Positions 1-8,387 of a DNA stretch of 32,000 nt are shown here, piece by piece. The DNA lies in assembly GCA_963676105.1 (NCBI GenBank), contig OY781039.1:1710001-1742000 (forward strand). Direction: 5' to 3'. This DNA is from Erysipelotrichaceae bacterium (GTDB lineage Bacteria; Bacillota_I; Bacilli_A; Erysipelotrichales; Erysipelotrichaceae). The first letter of the stretch is position 1, and each line of letters begins with the position of its first letter. The translations under genes were made by a program, and so were the position numbers. The notes beneath the pieces were generated by a model. The model was not told the origin of the DNA and searched no databases. It saw only the letters and a list, made by a program, of their open reading frames with translations.

Positions 1-721
1 TTTGTTCTCCACGTGTGTAACTGAATTGAATCATTTTGTTGATATTTTCAACAATATCTACAACAACATCAGCTTTATTCTTTCGTGTAACTTCATCAAT
101 TCGATTATTACGTGTTAAAGCATAATGTCCATTTTCAAATAAATATTGTCTTAAATAATTTTCTTCAACATCAACAACAAGAACTTGTTGATTATTTGGT
201 AGAATTTTAAGACTTTGAACAAATTTCATAATTGAATTAGCAGCACTGTCGATAACTTTGACTTTTAACCCAACTTCTTTTAAAACTTCAATAATACTTT
301 CTATATAGTTTTTGTGTAAGGCAACAGCTAAAACTCGATATTGAGTATTATCTCCATCCCCAATTTCTTCGATTAATACATAATCCATTGTGAAGTCAGG
401 TGTTAGATTAAGATTATTCATCATTTCAGAACGTACTAATAATGGAATCTTTCGTTCATCAACGGCTGGTAGAGTTAATTCTCTGTAGATAATGGCATTA
501 CTGTTAATGCAAATTGTGGCATGTTTATCTTTGATTTGTGTTTTAGTGATTTCAGATTTTAATAAAGCTGAAAACTCATCAACATTGACAATGCCTTCCT
601 CATTAATCCAATTTTCATCAAAACTAAAATGATGGAGGTGTTTTAATGTGATGTCATTTTTAGAAACGCCAGCATCTACCAAGTTGACGAATCCATTTCT
701 AATTTCTATAGCTAATGGCAT
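1..721 (-). CDS. pilM: Type IV pilus assembly protein PilM-like (actin-like ATPase fold); the 3' end runs off the window and about 240 N-terminal aa are present
   Basis: Absent from the ORF track because it is truncated by the window edge. Manual reverse-strand translation from the ATG at 721-719 stays open down to position 2: MPLAIEIRNGFVNLVDAGVSKNDITLKHLHHF...VIDSAANSIMKFVQSL...VDIVENINKMIQFSYTRGEQ. An AAAGGA ribosome binding site sits in the 14-nt gap after the pilC stop. The family call rests on overall sequence resemblance and operon context. Confidence 0.65.
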   Translation of the reverse strand, partial: MPLAIEIRNGFVNLVDAGVSKNDITLKHLHHFSFDENWINEEGIVNVDEFSALLKSEITKTQIKDKHATICINSNAIIYRELTLPAVDERKIPLLVRSEMMNNLNLTPDFTMDYVLIEEIGDGDNTQYRVLAVALHKNYIESIIEVLKEVGLKVKVIDSAANSIMKFVQSLKILPNNQQVLVVDVEENYLRQYLFENGHYALTRNNRIDEVTRKNKADVVVDIVENINKMIQFSYTRGEQ

Positions 722-735
722 ATTTTATGTCCTTT

Positions 736-1923
736 CTATCCGATGGATTGATACATTGTGAATATTGGTTGAATGATAGATACAACAATGAATCCGATCA
801 TGACCCCTAGAATAACTAGCATTGCTGGTTCTAATAAAGCAATCATTCTTTGAATTGCACTATCTGCTTCATCATCGAAGTAATCAGCTGTGCTACTTAG
901 AATATCTCCGAGTGAGCCTGATTCTTCACCAATATAGATCATTGAGCTAAGCATTGGATCAAATTCTTTGGTATCTTGAATTGATTTAGAAATGAGTTCA
1001 CCTTTAGAAACATCATTCATAACCACATAGAGCAAATCTTCTAAAAACGTATTACCTATAACTTTCGCAGTGGTCTCAATCATAGATAATGTTTGAACAC
1101 CACTTGAGTAAAGGGAAGACATGGCACGTGCAGTGCGTGCAGAGTAGATCGTTCTTAGTAAGGGTCCTACAACCGGTAATCTTAGTTTTAACATATCGTA
1201 GGTTATCCGAATTTCTTTGATGTTTAATGCGATTCGTAGGCCAACAAATAAAACGATGATCGTTGCGATAATCACAATATAGTTTTCAATTAAGAAATCA
1301 GAAATCGCGAGAATAACTTTTGTTGTTGCAGGCATATTTTCAGCTGGGAACATTGAAGTAATGGTTGGTAATACGAAGGTTACTAACATCAGAACAACGG
1401 ATACTGATATAACACCAAGAACAGCAGGATAAATACTTGCGGTTCTAATCTTATTATTTAGTTTCAGTTCTTTATCATAATGGCCAGCCATTTGTTGAAG
1501 CGATCGATCAAGCGATCCTCCGACTTCACCAGCTACAACCATGTTGATTAGTAAATCTGGGAATGCACCATTTTGCATTTCCATGGCTTTAGATAATGCA
1601 TTACCTTTTTGTACTTCTTCATAGATGTTTCTAAAGATTTTTTTAGACTTAGCACTATCAGCTTTTGCTTGAAGCATATCTAGTGATTGGATGATTGGTA
1701 TACCGGAACCAACCATGGTACCAAGTTGTCGACAGAATACAACAACACTCTTTGTCTTAAGTTTAGAAACCTTTTCTTCTTTGTTTGCTCCTTCGGTATA
1801 TTCTAATAAATACCAGTTTTTGGCTTTAACAAGTTGAATAAGTTCCTGCGTAGAATCGGCAAAAAGAATATCTTTACCTTCATTACCAACTGCATCCATG
1901 TAGTTAATGTGAAAACTCTTCAT
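736..1923 (-). CDS. pilC: Type IV pilus / type II secretion platform protein (GspF/PilC family, polytopic membrane protein)
   Basis: 395-aa ORF. It carries the T2SSF-type motif FCRQLGTMVGSGIPIIQSLDML and a second repeat (RAMSSLYSSGVQTLSMIE), with hydrophobic segments at the expected positions. It lies in an operon with prepilin-like genes and pilM. Confidence 0.9.
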   Translation of the reverse strand: MKSFHINYMDAVGNEGKDILFADSTQELIQLVKAKNWYLLEYTEGANKEEKVSKLKTKSVVVFCRQLGTMVGSGIPIIQSLDMLQAKADSAKSKKIFRNIYEEVQKGNALSKAMEMQNGAFPDLLINMVVAGEVGGSLDRSLQQMAGHYDKELKLNNKIRTASIYPAVLGVISVSVVLMLVTFVLPTITSMFPAENMPATTKVILAISDFLIENYIVIIATIIVLFVGLRIALNIKEIRITYDMLKLRLPVVGPLLRTIYSARTARAMSSLYSSGVQTLSMIETTAKVIGNTFLEDLLYVVMNDVSKGELISKSIQDTKEFDPMLSSMIYIGEESGSLGDILSSTADYFDDEADSAIQRMIALLEPAMLVILGVMIGFIVVSIIQPIFTMYQSIG

Positions 1924-1934
1924 ACTGTTCCTTT

Positions 1935-3506
1935 CTAGTCAACCTCGGTGACTGGGTTATAAATATAGTTAAATACAAATCCACCAGAATAAGGTTGACC
2001 TGTTTCAGGATCAATCAATATAAATGGCATATCACCAGCTTGCATTGGAACATATTCAACGGATGAATTTTGTGACATAAAGACATCCTTTGACACGATT
2101 GATCCGACTAGTGTTGCCAGGTTATTTAAGGTTACAAGTGCGTTTGGCGCATAGTATAATCCACCTGTTGATAAGTCAGATCCATTTGAGAAGTAGACAT
2201 TTTCGCCATTGGTTAAGATATAGCCATCAATTGCTGAGTTATTTCCAACATCTAAATTAATGAAATCAAACATAAACGAACCAGATAGTTTGGTGTTACC
2301 CGGGACTTCAAAAGTAGGAGGAGTTTCGCCAGCAACTTGTGGATGTTTAACATAAACAATTAAATTTTCAGGGTCGTTTATATTTCCAATCACAGATTTT
2401 AAACTAATATCACCTAGAATAAGTGGCAATGGGGAACTATCACGCACGTATATTTCGAGTTTACCTGTTCCAACAAAATTTATAGCACCAGACAGATTCA
2501 AACTATCAGTTACGATTAATGTATCGCCAGTGACATTAATGGTGACAGGGTTTGATAAATCAGCATCTGTAATACTAAAGCTTGGAACATAGTAGCCACC
2601 TTCTTCACCTGTACTTGGCGAGATATTATATGTATAACCACTTGCCCCATCTGAAATAATGGATCCAGCACTATTAACGAGGAAGTTTGCATCAGTTAAT
2701 AAAGGTAGTTTTGGAATACTAGCTTGTGCCATGACAGTATCAACTCTTTCATCGATTTCAACAAATGAAATGATGGGTAGCTCTTCATCAATTAGTGAAA
2801 AGTCAAGTTGGCTTAGTGGGGCACCACTTACTACATCTGCATCTGCATCAGGCAAAAGATAGATAGTACCAGTTACATCGGCTTGTCCTGTCAATGTGAT
2901 TGCCCCAGTGGTTGTATCATAGGTAGCGATATCAGCCGTGACATCTTCGTCATTTGTGAAAACAACGGCATTATTTTGAATGGTAATACTTCCATCAACT
3001 AAGATAGCTTTATCGGTTGAAAAACCAGCACCTGTCGCTTTCGCATATTGCAGTTGTACAACACGACCTAAAGTACGAGATTCACCATCAACATAACCTT
3101 CAGAAATAATGGTATAGATATGATATCCTTCTCCATCAACAGTGGTTGTGATTGTAATATCGGCATATGCATTGCCAATATCAGTAGAAAATGGATCTAA
3201 AGATTCTGAGTCAATACTAGTTCCATTAATGCTTGTGGCTAAGGCATCCATTGAACTATTAAAACTTGTTGGATTAATGCTTGGTGAAGCTAATAAGGTG
3301 TTGATTTCATCTTCAAATTGACCAAGGGTTAGATTAATCCCTGATTCAGCTACATAGAAAGCGGTCGCATGTGAATCGGCTTTATTTTGATTATTAAAGT
3401 TCCCAATGGTCACATAGAAAAGACCACCTAAAAGGATGGTTAATACCATAAAATACATGACCACGATTAGTAGGGAAACACCCTGTTTATTTTTTAGAGT
3501 TTTCAT
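1935..3506 (-). CDS. Large minor-pilin-like protein with a PilX_N/GspK-like N-terminus and a long Thr/Gly/Asp-rich, probably beta-rich, body
   Basis: 523-aa ORF. The N-terminus reads MKTLKNKQG|VSLLIVVMYFMVLTILLGGLF...AFYVAESGINL, that is, a hydrophobic pilin-like helix without Glu+5 followed by the AFY.AE.G motif typical of the PilX N-terminal domain. Its start overlaps the upstream gene fragment by ATGA (3503-3506). Confidence 0.6.
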   Translation of the reverse strand: MKTLKNKQGVSLLIVVMYFMVLTILLGGLFYVTIGNFNNQNKADSHATAFYVAESGINLTLGQFEDEINTLLASPSINPTSFNSSMDALATSINGTSIDSESLDPFSTDIGNAYADITITTTVDGEGYHIYTIISEGYVDGESRTLGRVVQLQYAKATGAGFSTDKAILVDGSITIQNNAVVFTNDEDVTADIATYDTTTGAITLTGQADVTGTIYLLPDADADVVSGAPLSQLDFSLIDEELPIISFVEIDERVDTVMAQASIPKLPLLTDANFLVNSAGSIISDGASGYTYNISPSTGEEGGYYVPSFSITDADLSNPVTINVTGDTLIVTDSLNLSGAINFVGTGKLEIYVRDSSPLPLILGDISLKSVIGNINDPENLIVYVKHPQVAGETPPTFEVPGNTKLSGSFMFDFINLDVGNNSAIDGYILTNGENVYFSNGSDLSTGGLYYAPNALVTLNNLATLVGSIVSKDVFMSQNSSVEYVPMQAGDMPFILIDPETGQPYSGGFVFNYIYNPVTEVD

Positions 3507-3760
3507 GTGTTAACAGGTTCTCCTTCAAATGGTAAGCGTAAATAGATTGTTTGATGGATATCATTATTAGTGATGCGGGCATCGGGAATCGCAATTATGT
3601 CAATTGTTAAATAAGGAGTTTGAGGATCATCTTCATTTAAAGTAATATCAAAGTCTTCGATTTGTTGACTTGTGATTTGACTTGAAATAACAACATCATC
3701 TGGATCATACAAAGTTCGAGTAATCGTAGAGTCTGAAATATTAAAGGTATAGACAGCGTA
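3503..3760 (-). pseudogene. C-terminal fragment (85 codons plus stop) of a minor prepilin gene split by the IS element
   Basis: The tracked ORF 3503..3802 starts inside IS sequence: its first 13 codons, MHICIVYFGGILS, are IS-encoded. Codon 14 (N, 3763-3761) is the duplicated target triplet. From codon 15 (YAVYTF...) the frame continues exactly from fragment 5556..5840 once the IS is removed. Confidence 0.85.
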
Positions 3761-3763
3761 ATT
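3761..3763. repeat. Left copy of the 3-bp target site duplication (ATT)
   Basis: ATT lies immediately before the IS terminus TGAT... at 3764. An identical ATT lies immediately after the other terminus at 5556-5558. Confidence 0.7.
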
Positions 3764-3797
3764 TGATAAGATCCCTCCAAAGTAGACAATGCAAATA
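3764..3797. repeat. IS left terminal inverted repeat
   Basis: TGATAAGATCCCTCCAAAGTAGACAATGCAAATA, compared with the reverse complement of 5522-5555, TGATGCGACCCCTGTCAAGTAGACAGTGGAAATA. Confidence 0.75.
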
Positions 3798-3825
3798 TGC
3801 AAAGTTGAAAGGAGGGATTTTTTAT

Positions 3826-4539
3826 ATGGGACGTAAGAATAAATATAGTCCTGAAATTAAAGTAGAAATAGTAAAAACTTTTTTAAGAGGTGAAAAATCA
3901 GTGAACCAACTAGGATTTGAATTTAATGTTCGAGCTTACACGGTTCGTCAATGGATACATAGTTATCAAAAATATGGCAGAGAAATTTTTGAAGATAAAG
4001 AACGAAACAAACGCTATACAAAAGAACTAAAAGATAATGTCATACACGAATATCTTAACGGCGTTGATTCCTTAGAAGGATTGCGTATTAAGTATCAAAT
4101 ATCATCCCATTCCATCATATTAAATTGGCTTAGAAAGTATAATAACCATATAGAACTGAAGGACTATGATCCTAAGGGAGATGTTTATATGGCTGGAAGA
4201 AGGAAGACAAATTTAGCAGAGCGGGTTGAAATTGTAGAGTATTGTCTCAAACACAATCGTGAATTTAAAAAGGCAGCTGAAGTTTATCAAGTGTCGTATT
4301 CTCAAGTTTATCAATGGGTGAAGAAATATGAACTTGAAGGACAAGATGGTTTACTTGATCGACGTGGTAAACGAAAACTAGAAGATAGTTTAAGTGAAGT
4401 TGAAAAGCTGCAGAAGAAGATAGATCAACTCGAGAAACAATTAGAACTTAAAGAGAATGAGAACACACTCTTAAAAAAAGTGAAGGAATTCGAAAGGAGG
4501 CGGTATTCAGTCAAGTTAGACAAGAAGCGAAATACTTAG
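3826..4539 (+). CDS. IS3-family transposase OrfA (helix-turn-helix DNA-binding protein with a C-terminal coiled coil)
   Basis: ATG at 3826 preceded by GAAAGGAGGG. The tracked start at 3763 is a TTG that overlaps the left inverted repeat and is rejected. Sequence MGRKNKYSPEIKVEIVKTFLRGEKSVNQL...YQVSYSQVYQWVKKYELEG...LEKQLELKENENTLLKKV has two HTH-like segments and a leucine-zipper-like tail, as in IS3/IS150-type OrfA. Confidence 0.9.
   Translation: MGRKNKYSPEIKVEIVKTFLRGEKSVNQLGFEFNVRAYTVRQWIHSYQKYGREIFEDKERNKRYTKELKDNVIHEYLNGVDSLEGLRIKYQISSHSIILNWLRKYNNHIELKDYDPKGDVYMAGRRKTNLAERVEIVEYCLKHNREFKKAAEVYQVSYSQVYQWVKKYELEGQDGLLDRRGKRKLEDSLSEVEKLQKKIDQLEKQLELKENENTLLKKVKEFERRRYSVKLDKKRNT
4473..4480 (+). 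other. Programmed -1 ribosomal frameshift slippery site (A AAA AAG) producing the OrfAB transposase
   Basis: AAAAAAAG lies near the end of orfA. I checked the -1 frame codon by codon from 4479 to the ATG at 4584 and found no stop (SEGIRKEAVFSQVRQEAKILSIQSCQRDYHWSIHWM...). orfB is in frame -1 relative to orfA (start coordinates 3826 mod 3 = 1, 4584 mod 3 = 0). Confidence 0.7.
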
Positions 4540-4583
4540 CCATACAAAGCTGTCAAAGAGATTATCACTGGAGTATACATTGG

Positions 4584-5483
4584 ATGTGTCAGGTATTAGA
4601 GATACCGAGATCTAGTTACTATAAGTGGTTAAAACGCACTGAAACAGCACAAGAGAAGGAAAACCAACAAATTGCACAATGGATACTTGAGTATGATGAA
4701 ATATTCGATCATATCTATGGTTATCGACGTATGACAATAGCCATTAATCGATTGAATCATAAAAATTATAATCAAAAACGTGTTCGTCGTATGATGCGAC
4801 TATTAGGGATAAAATCCGTCATACGTAAAAAGAAGAATAACTATCATAAGTCAGAACCTGAGATTACTGCTGAGAATATCTTAGCGAGAGATTTCTTCGC
4901 TAGTGCACCTAATCAAAAGTGGGTCACAGACGTAACTGAGTTTAAAGATCGACATACAAAACAGAAACTCTATTTAAGTGCCATCTTAGATTTATATGAT
5001 CGAAGTATCGTTGCGTATGAGATAAGTGGACGTAATAATAATCAACTTGTATTCAACACTTTTGAGAAAGCAATGAGTCTTAATCCAGGTGCGAAACCAC
5101 TGTTTCATTCAGATAGAGGATTCCAATATACAAGTAAAGTATTCAAATATAAGTTAGAAACAAATGGATTGACACAAAGCATGTCTAGAGTTGGCCGCTG
5201 TATCGATAATGGACCGATTGAAGGTTTCTGGGGCATTATTAAATCAGAGATGTATCATCATCATAAATATGAAAACCTACAAGATTTAAACCAAGCTATT
5301 CATAAATATATGTCCTTCTACAATCATCAAAGATTTCAAAGCAGATTCAATAATCAAACACCTATTGAAGTTAGAGAAGCAGCTTTAAATAGTCAGGTCA
5401 TTCCACAATACCCAATTAAACCAAATAATCGAATCATAAAATACTATGAAACCATAAAACAAAATCAAGAAATAAGAAACTAA
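4584..5483 (+). CDS. IS3-family transposase OrfB (DDE/rve integrase catalytic domain), probably expressed as an OrfAB fusion
   Basis: DDE triad context: WVTDVTEF, HSDRGFQYTS and DNGPIEGFWGIIKSE. The N-terminal MCQVLEIPRSSYYKW matches the HTH_21-like region of IS3 OrfB. Confidence 0.92.
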   Translation: MCQVLEIPRSSYYKWLKRTETAQEKENQQIAQWILEYDEIFDHIYGYRRMTIAINRLNHKNYNQKRVRRMMRLLGIKSVIRKKKNNYHKSEPEITAENILARDFFASAPNQKWVTDVTEFKDRHTKQKLYLSAILDLYDRSIVAYEISGRNNNQLVFNTFEKAMSLNPGAKPLFHSDRGFQYTSKVFKYKLETNGLTQSMSRVGRCIDNGPIEGFWGIIKSEMYHHHKYENLQDLNQAIHKYMSFYNHQRFQSRFNNQTPIEVREAALNSQVIPQYPIKPNNRIIKYYETIKQNQEIRN

Positions 5484-5521
5484 AAAAGATGACCCATTTT
5501 CTGGATCATCTAATCTTTACT

Positions 5522-5555
5522 TATTTCCACTGTCTACTTGACAGGGGTCGCATCA
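5522..5555. repeat. IS right terminal inverted repeat
   Basis: See the left repeat. It ends ...GCATCA at 5555. Read on the minus strand, the terminal TCA supplies the TGA stop that truncates the pilin fragment. Confidence 0.75.
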
Positions 5556-5558
5556 ATT
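5556..5558. repeat. Right copy of the 3-bp target site duplication (ATT)
   Basis: Identical to 3761-3763 and directly abuts the IS end. Confidence 0.7.
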
Positions 5559-5840
5559 TGTACCGTTTGTTGTATTGCCAAGTGTAATGGTGATGGCTGT
5601 TTCGGATGCTACTCGTGCATAAAAATCAGTATTAATAACATATCGTCTGATATCTTTTTCAATATATGTTGCAGAAAGTCTTAAGTCTTCTTGTGACACG
5701 GATTCACTATATTCATCACTAAAATAGGTCGTTGAGAAGACCACAATTTGAGTTAGGGTGGTGAAGACGATTACTAAGATAACAGAAGCCACCACCACTT
5801 CGATTAACGTAAAGCCTTTCTTATCCATCTTATTCTCCAA
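5556..5840 (-). pseudogene. N-terminal fragment (95 codons) of a minor prepilin gene split by the IS element
   Basis: Classic type IV prepilin signal MENKMDKKG|FTLIEVVVASVILVIVF (G-1, F+1, E+5). The reading frame is terminated by a TGA formed from the IS terminus (5555-5553). Confidence 0.85.
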
Positions 5841-6231
5841 AATTAACGTAGAGCTGTAAACTTACTGTGACATCTTTATGGGTTACATGAAGTAGTATTG
5901 AATCAACCAATGCACTTGTGTTCAAGGTAGATGTTTCTACTTCATAGATGACATCATTAACTGTTTTACAATAACTGATTCCTGTATCGCAGGTATCAGA
6001 ATATGTCAGTGTAGTAACAAAAACATCATTCATTGTGTTATATGGACTTAAAGCATCAATGTTTTCGAGTTCAGCCTGAGCTAAATATGTTGCTTCACTA
6101 TCAGTATCACTAAAAAGATTGAGATGCATTGCGCTCTCTAGTGCAAAGTATAAACTGGGGACGACTATTGCGAATAATGCCATGGCAACCACCAGTTCCA
6201 CCAGACTTTCGCCTCTTCGATTTAATCTCAT
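5830..6231 (-). CDS. Prepilin-type N-terminal cleavage/methylation domain protein (minor pilin-like)
   Basis: MRLNRRG|ESLVELVVAMALFAIVVPSL has Gly-1, Glu+5 and a hydrophobic helix. I prefer the ATG at 6231 (133 aa) over the tracked 6264 because it leaves a short basic leader before the Gly. The 3' end overlaps the next pilin gene by 11 nt. Confidence 0.7.
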   Translation of the reverse strand: MRLNRRGESLVELVVAMALFAIVVPSLYFALESAMHLNLFSDTDSEATYLAQAELENIDALSPYNTMNDVFVTTLTYSDTCDTGISYCKTVNDVIYEVETSTLNTSALVDSILLHVTHKDVTVSLQLYVNFGE

Positions 6232-6318
6232 AATAAGTCCACAAAAAGATGCACTTTTATACATTAAGCGTATTACTTTTAACCATAAATAACAACTTTT
6301 TAAAGCCTTAAATAAAGG

Positions 6319-7011
6319 CTATTTTTCATTTGCACTCGATAAGTGTGAAATTAAATAAAAAGCTATACTGAATACTGATAAAGTAAATATAAGAGTAATT
6401 GAATAATATATATATACATTCATTTGTTGTAGAAATGGTCTTTTCACTAAATAGAAGTAATTACCATCAAAAAGAGCATTTGCGCCTACTGCAATTATAA
6501 AGTAGAACAGAAATAATATGATACTCAGATGCAAGTTTTTGCGCTTTGGACGCCAGTCAAATGCAAACCAAGCAATGAATGGAAGTAATAAAGTTAAAGA
6601 ATGATTGATTATATAAGAAATACCTAAGGCATGGGTTAAAGGATGTATCGCAATGGGTAAGGCAAAAGATCCATAGGCAAATAAACCAAAGTAAAAGACG
6701 ATATCCATAATATTTTGATTAAGGGTAATGAAATAAACGATGCTTAATAAAGTAGATATACGACAGAGATGTAAAGGTAGTGCTTGACCTAAATCAAATC
6801 CTGTTTCTAGTGCATACCAAGAGTATAGTAATATCTGTTGAAAGATGGTTAATATTAATAGAACGGTTCTTAGTTGTTTTGAATAAGTCTTTAGCTTATT
6901 ACGATTTAGTATTATTAAAACAAAAAGACTCATGATGATTACAACATTTATGAGATGTTCTATGCCAAAGAGTTTGATATAGGGGACATTTGGGTCTAAA
7001 AACGTATTCAT
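6319..7011 (-). CDS. Polytopic integral membrane protein, tentatively YwaF/TIGR02206 (TMEM164-like) family
   Basis: 230 aa with about 7 hydrophobic segments. The LPLHLCRISTLL motif resembles that family. The family assignment is from memory only. Confidence 0.5.
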   Translation of the reverse strand: MNTFLDPNVPYIKLFGIEHLINVVIIMSLFVLIILNRNKLKTYSKQLRTVLLILTIFQQILLYSWYALETGFDLGQALPLHLCRISTLLSIVYFITLNQNIMDIVFYFGLFAYGSFALPIAIHPLTHALGISYIINHSLTLLLPFIAWFAFDWRPKRKNLHLSIILFLFYFIIAVGANALFDGNYFYLVKRPFLQQMNVYIYYSITLIFTLSVFSIAFYLISHLSSANEK

Positions 7012-7081
7012 ACTCTATTAATTATGCAAATAATTAGTAAAAATACAAAATTTGATTAAAGACAAGTATACAAAAGTACTA

Positions 7082-7110
7082 TTGTAGATATATATAGTCA
7101 GTGCGATAAT
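7082..7110 (+). promoter_or_regulatory. Candidate sigma-A promoter for the first binding-protein gene
   Basis: TTGTAG (7082-7087), a 17-nt spacer, then GATAAT (7105-7110), about 40 nt upstream of the start codon. Confidence 0.35.
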
Positions 7111-7150
7111 TAAATAAATAAAGATGTCTATCCACTAATGGAAGGAGTAT

Positions 7151-8224
7151 ATGGATATGATGAAAAAACTAATAATATTTTTAATAATCATACTAGTATC
7201 TGGATGTAGTGTTACAGTTTCACCTAAAAAAATTGTGGTAGTGGACGATTTTTCAGAGACTGGTTCTAGTTTTGCATTACTTGCCTATAGTGGGGTAGAA
7301 ATGGCATTAAGTGATTTAGATATCACTGAAGAATATACCCTGGATTTTGTGGATATTTCAGAATATGCATCAATCGATGATCTAGAACAAGCTATTCTAG
7401 ATATAAATGCAGACGTATACATTGGTCCTAATTTTTCAAGTGTTTTAGCTGATGTTTATCCGATTTATAAAAATAATGAGTTATTTGCGTTTATTCCTGG
7501 CGCATCTGCAGACACTATCAATGAAGAAGATGACTATGTTTTTAGATTTTTAACATCAACCAGTGAACAAGCACGTCAGTTTGCGAATTTAATGAATGAT
7601 CGTTATCAAACTGGCTCAATCATTTATGAAAATATCAACTTAGCTTATTCGCAGGTTATCAGTGAATCTATTCAATCTCAAGCAAGTAATGTCATCAATA
7701 GTATTGATCCTATTTCAGAAGATATGAGTGCAGAAGATTTAATCGCATCTATTGATCCTAATTCAGAAGCAATTGTTTTGATTTCGAGTGCTAAGACGGC
7801 AGGTATTGTCATTCAAAGACTCAGGAGTTCTGGTATTGATATCCCGATTTATATGTCTGGTTGGGCACAAAGTAATACTTTAATTGAGTTTGTTGGAGAC
7901 TATACTGAAAATTCTTTTATATTCTCAAATGGTTATCCATCTAAAGAAGATAACTATAATGTTTTCAAAGATCGTTATTTAGAAGAGTATGGTACAGTGA
8001 CAGGCCATATTGCCATGTATTCATATGATTTCATGGTTATTCTAAATGATTATATTAAAGCTGGAAATAGTTTTGATAAAGAAGCTTTTAAAACTTATAT
8101 GACAAATAATCCACATCAAGAAGGTTACTTATACAGTATAGAACTAAACGAATACGGCATGGGTACACAAACGATGCAGCTGCTAGAAATTAAAGATGGT
8201 GAGTTTGTTCAAGCATCACATTAA
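7151..8224 (+). CDS. Lipoprotein, periplasmic-binding-protein type I fold (LivJ/LivK, Peripla_BP_6-like solute-binding protein), paralog 1
   Basis: Signal peptide plus lipobox MMKKLIIFLIIILVSG|C. The ADVYIGPNFSSV...FAFIPGASADTINEEDDYVFRF pattern matches the 'viGp.sS...ip.isp.at.p.l....yvFR' core of Leu/Ile/Val-type binding proteins. The GAAGGAG ribosome binding site at 7141-7147 suggests the real start may be the ATG at 7157. Confidence 0.8.
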   Translation: MDMMKKLIIFLIIILVSGCSVTVSPKKIVVVDDFSETGSSFALLAYSGVEMALSDLDITEEYTLDFVDISEYASIDDLEQAILDINADVYIGPNFSSVLADVYPIYKNNELFAFIPGASADTINEEDDYVFRFLTSTSEQARQFANLMNDRYQTGSIIYENINLAYSQVISESIQSQASNVINSIDPISEDMSAEDLIASIDPNSEAIVLISSAKTAGIVIQRLRSSGIDIPIYMSGWAQSNTLIEFVGDYTENSFIFSNGYPSKEDNYNVFKDRYLEEYGTVTGHIAMYSYDFMVILNDYIKAGNSFDKEAFKTYMTNNPHQEGYLYSIELNEYGMGTQTMQLLEIKDGEFVQASH

Positions 8225-8387
8225 ATATAGAATTTGAGAATTTAATTTATATAAATTGTTTGTTTAAAAAACTTATTCACATTCATTGTTTCTAGCTAAG
8301 TAAAAGTACTGTTATGCATAAATATCTCTATAGATAGTGAATAATATTATTAACAGGAACGTGTCTTATAGAAAGGGAGTTTATCGT

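Larger units (their letters stand above)
3764..5555 (+). mobile_element. Intact IS3-family insertion sequence (two-ORF, -1 frameshift type), about 1.79 kb
   Basis: The termini are TGAT.../...ATCA, with imperfect inverted repeats (26 of the first 34 nt match by manual alignment). It has an HTH orfA and a DDE orfB in the -1 frame, an A7G slippery motif in the orfA-orfB overlap region, and a flanking 3-bp ATT duplication. Confidence 0.9.

Noticed and set aside
2659-2862. 67-aa plus-strand ORF inside the 523-aa pilin-like gene
   Set aside because: It is entirely antisense to a longer, motif-supported ORF. It has a low-complexity Ser-rich translation and no ribosome binding site.
3761-3802. The first 14 codons (MHICIVYFGGILSN) of the tracked 99-aa ORF 3503..3802
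   Set aside because: The first 13 codons are encoded by IS sequence and codon 14 is the duplicated target triplet, so this is a fortuitous start created by the insertion rather than the native N-terminus.
3763-3825. N-terminal extension of IS orfA in the ORF track (TTG start at 3763)
   Set aside because: The extension begins one nucleotide before the IS terminus, runs through the left inverted repeat and uses TTG. An ATG with a strong GAAAGGAGGG ribosome binding site lies at 3826.
736-6264. Interpretation as a ComG competence pseudopilus operon
   Set aside because: The gene order (pilins before the platform protein, followed by pilM) and the PilX_N-like giant protein fit a type IV pilus better than comGA-GG. 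This cannot be fully excluded without the rest of the operon.
6304-6320. AGCCTT-AAATA-AAGGCT hairpin overlapping the stop of the membrane protein gene
   Set aside because: The T-run lies on the plus strand, where no gene ends. On the minus strand the hairpin is followed by TTAAAAAG. The stem is only 6 bp, so it is not a convincing terminator.
8243-8256. AATTTATATAAATT palindrome between the two binding-protein genes, considered as a terminator
   Set aside because: An AT-only stem would be too weak. The sequence is common low-complexity intergenic DNA.
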